Shown in pieces: positions 61,401 through 64,000 of a stretch of DNA of 64,000 bases. The position numbers and the translations under genes are program-made. The notes beneath the pieces are model-generated. The model searched no databases, was not told where the DNA came from, and was given only the letters and a program-made list of their open reading frames with translations. Where the stretch lies: NCBI GenBank assembly GCA_035506195.1, contig DATJPV010000041.1, positions 112 to 64,111 on the forward strand, given 5' to 3'. This DNA is from Patescibacteria group bacterium (lineage in GTDB: Bacteria; Omnitrophota; Gorgyraeia; Gygaellales; Profunditerraquicolaceae). Every line of letters begins with the position of its first letter. Within the stretch, counting starts at the first letter, position 1.

Positions 61401-64000
61401 CCACCCATCGAATGCCAAGTGCCATAGTGCTCGGATATGTATTTATTGCCTGACGTTATCTGCGCGTATTCTTCAATCGCAAGTGTTTTATTAGGATCGA
61501 AATTAGTCCCAAGCAATAATGAATAATCCATATCGATCGTAGTCGGATATATGAGTATGCGCCCACCCGAAGTTGAAACCCGCATTAGTTCTTTGAACGC
61601 CCTCTTCACGAGTTGCTTCCCAGAGATGCCTCCGGGAATACCGAACAACCAAGTCACGATAGTGTAATCAAAACTATTATCTGCATACGGAAGCCCCTCA
61701 TTGAGATCGGCAACCTGAGCGGTTATATCACCGGGATAAGGAATGGGGGAGGCGTCAAGCCGAACATATCGTTGCAATGTCTTAGCCATCCGGTGAAGAA
61801 GCTGTACCCAAGGATCCCCCATCTCCAACACATATCGCAACCATTTCTTCCCGCCGTAGAGTAATTGCGCCTTCAACCAGGCCACAGTAGCTGGATTAAT
61901 ATCTACTATGCTAATGCTGGGTGGCGGGTTCATTAACTTAAAAGGCTCTTGCTGCATCAAAGAGTATTGTAAGCTTTGTGCGGCAGGAATAATCAGTAGG
62001 CGGCGGCTCGCATAAAGAGGCTCACTGACTGGCAGGGATTTCTCATATTCTCGCCAATTAGTAAAAACTGGCCTTAGGGTATTTTCCCCAAATGCGGCAT
62101 AATCAAGTAGATTATTTTGCGATACATCAAGGGAAATGATCTCTTTTTCTTCGGGTGTCAAAAGATTTTTCACCGGCGAGCTAACAGAGGGAACGGTATC
62201 TTGAATATGCTGCAAAAATGCCTTAAGCCCCCGATGGCTGGCCTCTTCCTCTAGTGCCGCCAACGGATTGATTACTTCATACATGCCTGTGCCGCGGCTG
62301 GCCACCCACTCCTGCTGAATATCCATCCGCTTGGCCCAGGCGGGCATTAGCTCCAGCGCATTCATTAACCGCAAACCGGGAAAACCGAATACGGGGGTTA
62401 CCCTGTCATTGCGCATGCCTAAACCTTCGTGGGGCTCAAGCATATAGCGTGTCCCGATCCTGGCCGCAAGGGGGATGATATTACGGCTGACCAAATACGC
62501 AGCAATCAGCACCTTGATCCCGTTGGTATTCTCAGTTGCCGTGCGGTGCGAGAAGGGGTTACTTAAAAGAATGGTTCTGGCGATGTCATTCGCATATGAT
62601 ACATTACGCTGAAAGACATAATCGGCCTTTTTGCCGCGCATGACATTGCCGACCACGGTGCGCATCCGGGATATATCAAAGAAATTAACGTAATCCGCCG
62701 TCATCAATAACCCATCACCATTAAGGTGGCGAGAATCCGATGCCGGGACGTATACGGCGTGCAAGGCGTTGCCGCACGCAAAATACTTATTATTGGCAAC
62801 GTCCACAACATGCGGGTTTCCATCAAAACCATAAAAGCGGACCTTCCAGTCCTGCCACGGCTCACTCAGTTCGATAAGGACTTTGTAAAAACTCTGCACC
62901 ACCATGATTGCTTCCAGAGGATTCTCGCCTAACCCGAATCCCGCAAAGACCATCGTGCGATTCCCATGGCCTGGCTCATTTCTTGCGCGGATGATTCTCT
63001 TAAAATCTGCCTCCATAAGCTGCCTCTGGAACCTATCTTCGCAGTCATCGGTGAAATTAAGATCAGCGGTGTAATCCGCATGCCGGTCTACAATATAATT
63101 CACCAGGCGGAATAAGTCCTCGCCGGTAAATCCGATAGTTTGTAACTCGGGCAACAAGGGGACGATTGCTTCCAAGACGCCCTTCCTTAATTGCTCCAGC
63201 TCCGCCTCCATCGGCGAGCTGGCGCGCCCGTACGATTCGTCTTCCAGGGGCAGATAACTGACTTCTGCGCCTAACTTTGCTATGAGAATTTTTATCTTTT
63301 CATCTTGGAATACGTGCGATAGCATGATTTTTATGTGCGGATTGGCAACGACAAAAATTACCCTTGCGAAATGAAGGACTTCTTTGAGCTCGATATAGCG
63401 CTCCAATTTAGCGCTTATCTCCTTCAATATTTTCTGCTTAACCTCAACGCCGAACCAACTTTTAGTTTCGACGATACACAGGCGGCCCTGCGTATCTGCA
63501 ACTAGGGCATCGAATTGCGTCGCTTCGCTACCGGCCGATATGACCCTATAACCTAGATGCTGCAGGAATTCCAGTGCCCTAAATTCGTTCCATAAACAAA
63601 ACAGGTCGCTGAACGCCCCCTTAGGATGAACCCGGGCAAGCACGTTAGCCGGCAACTCGACTCCCAATCTTTGCATCTTTAGCCATGAAGGGACGATTTT
63701 TTCCAGGAACCTTGCTTCCATAAATGCAGCCCACTGCTGCTCTATCCTCGCGAAGTCTTTTGGAGGGATATCCTCCAATGATCTTCCTGTCTGAAGGCAT
63801 CTGTCTGCGTATTCGAATACCGGCCTGATTATATCGAACCCGGCTTCCCCGAGACCCTTAAGAAGATTGTAATGAATATACATGGAATTCCTGCCTGCGT
63901 GAATCAATGCAAAACCCATCGTAAAGACATCATTGGCTTCTCTCAAAAGAACGACTAATCTGCGCTGTTGTAGGGTGGGCCTACCGGAAGAAAAGAGCAC
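34427..64000 (-). CDS. Giant multi-enzyme modular protein (at least 9,857 aa; the N-terminus lies beyond window position 64000) of about 30 unrelated catalytic or regulatory modules joined by Ser-Ser-Pro junctions
   Basis: The minus-strand frame is uninterrupted for the whole 29.6 kb. In 55% GC DNA a stop would be expected about every 20-25 codons. Recognisable enzyme motifs occur throughout (see sub-features). The stop codon TAA is read at about 34428-34430 by my count, whereas the track gives 34427. Confidence 0.85.
   Translation of the reverse strand: [9857 protein letters not shown]
36471..37214 (-). other. Giant-ORF module: class I SAM methyltransferase
   Basis: It has [15 protein letters not shown] (motif I) and VVGVDVG. 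Confidence 0.5.
37227..38215 (-). other. Giant-ORF module: HD-domain phosphohydrolase resembling the (p)ppGpp hydrolase domain of RelA/SpoT
   Basis: [12 protein letters not shown] (the His of HD motif I) and [12 protein letters not shown] (HD motif) are present at about 37745-37780. The spacing matches the SpoT HD domain. Confidence 0.55.
40874..41323 (-). other. Giant-ORF module: stand-alone response-regulator receiver (REC) domain
   Basis: It has [18 protein letters not shown]...[15 protein letters not shown]...IPVILITAS. Confidence 0.6.
43727..46105 (-). other. Giant-ORF module: radical SAM domain followed by a class I SAM methyltransferase
   Basis: The CX3CX2C motif is [16 protein letters not shown], encoded at about 45790-45815. 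The downstream methyltransferase has [13 protein letters not shown] (motif I) and [11 protein letters not shown]. Confidence 0.65.
46115..47833 (-). other. Giant-ORF module: GT9-like (heptosyltransferase-type GT-B) glycosyltransferase
   Basis: [38 protein letters not shown] resembles the WaaC/WaaF N-terminal motif (irlsalGD...P...lr..fP.a.i). Confidence 0.45.
47843..48364 (-). other. Giant-ORF module: metallophosphoesterase-like
   Basis: It has [10 protein letters not shown], with a GHxH-like motif V. Support is weak. Confidence 0.35.
48890..49969 (-). other. Giant-ORF module: response-regulator receiver (REC) domain followed by a class I SAM methyltransferase
   Basis: The REC part is [25 protein letters not shown]...[21 protein letters not shown]...AILMTEK. 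The methyltransferase part is [12 protein letters not shown] and [14 protein letters not shown]. Confidence 0.6.
53246..54001 (-). other. Giant-ORF module: Pol-beta-like nucleotidyltransferase
   Basis: It has [21 protein letters not shown] (G-S ... D-x-D). Confidence 0.45.
54011..55329 (-). other. Giant-ORF module: GT4 (GT-B fold, retaining) glycosyltransferase
   Basis: [13 protein letters not shown] is present, and the EX7E region is [24 protein letters not shown]. Confidence 0.7.
55342..55870 (-). other. Giant-ORF module: P-loop NTPase
   Basis: Walker A is [13 protein letters not shown]. A hhhhE-like Walker B is HVLFIEC. Confidence 0.45.
57428..58048 (-). other. Giant-ORF module: GHKL/HATPase_c-type ATPase (anti-sigma-factor / histidine-kinase-like)
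   Basis: It has an N-box-like segment [14 protein letters not shown], a G1 segment [11 protein letters not shown] and a G2 segment RFWGGIGL. Confidence 0.45.
59237..61316 (-). other. Giant-ORF module: GNAT acetyltransferase, adenylate kinase and protein-kinase-like domains in one junction-bounded segment
   Basis: The GNAT motif A is [17 protein letters not shown]. The adenylate kinase motifs are [35 protein letters not shown] (about 60541-60600). The kinase-like motifs are VAIKII (about 59830-59860), DYNPRNIIL and MIFDVFV. Confidence 0.6.
61326..62174 (-). other. Giant-ORF module: class I SAM-dependent methyltransferase (Methyltransf_11-like)
   Basis: The motif I-like region is [11 protein letters not shown]. 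The post-II motif is [14 protein letters not shown] (LPF-D-SFD). Confidence 0.5.

Larger units (their letters stand above)
35114..63220 (-). repeat. 32 dispersed copies of a 9-nt Ser-Ser-Pro junction motif (coding strand AGY-TCN-CCG, mostly GCC-AGC-TCG-CCG; plus strand CGGCGAGCT) inside the giant ORF
   Basis: Plus-strand first positions are 35114, 35454, 36110, 36462, 37215, 38216, 38516, 39898, 40865, 41324, 42575, 43067, 43172, 43718, 46106, 47834, 48365, 48881, 49970, 50909, 52604, 53237, 54002, 55330, 55871, 57419, 58049, 58396, 59228, 61317, 62175 and 63212. In the protein each reads x-S-S-P-(V/A/L/M). Confidence 0.8.
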
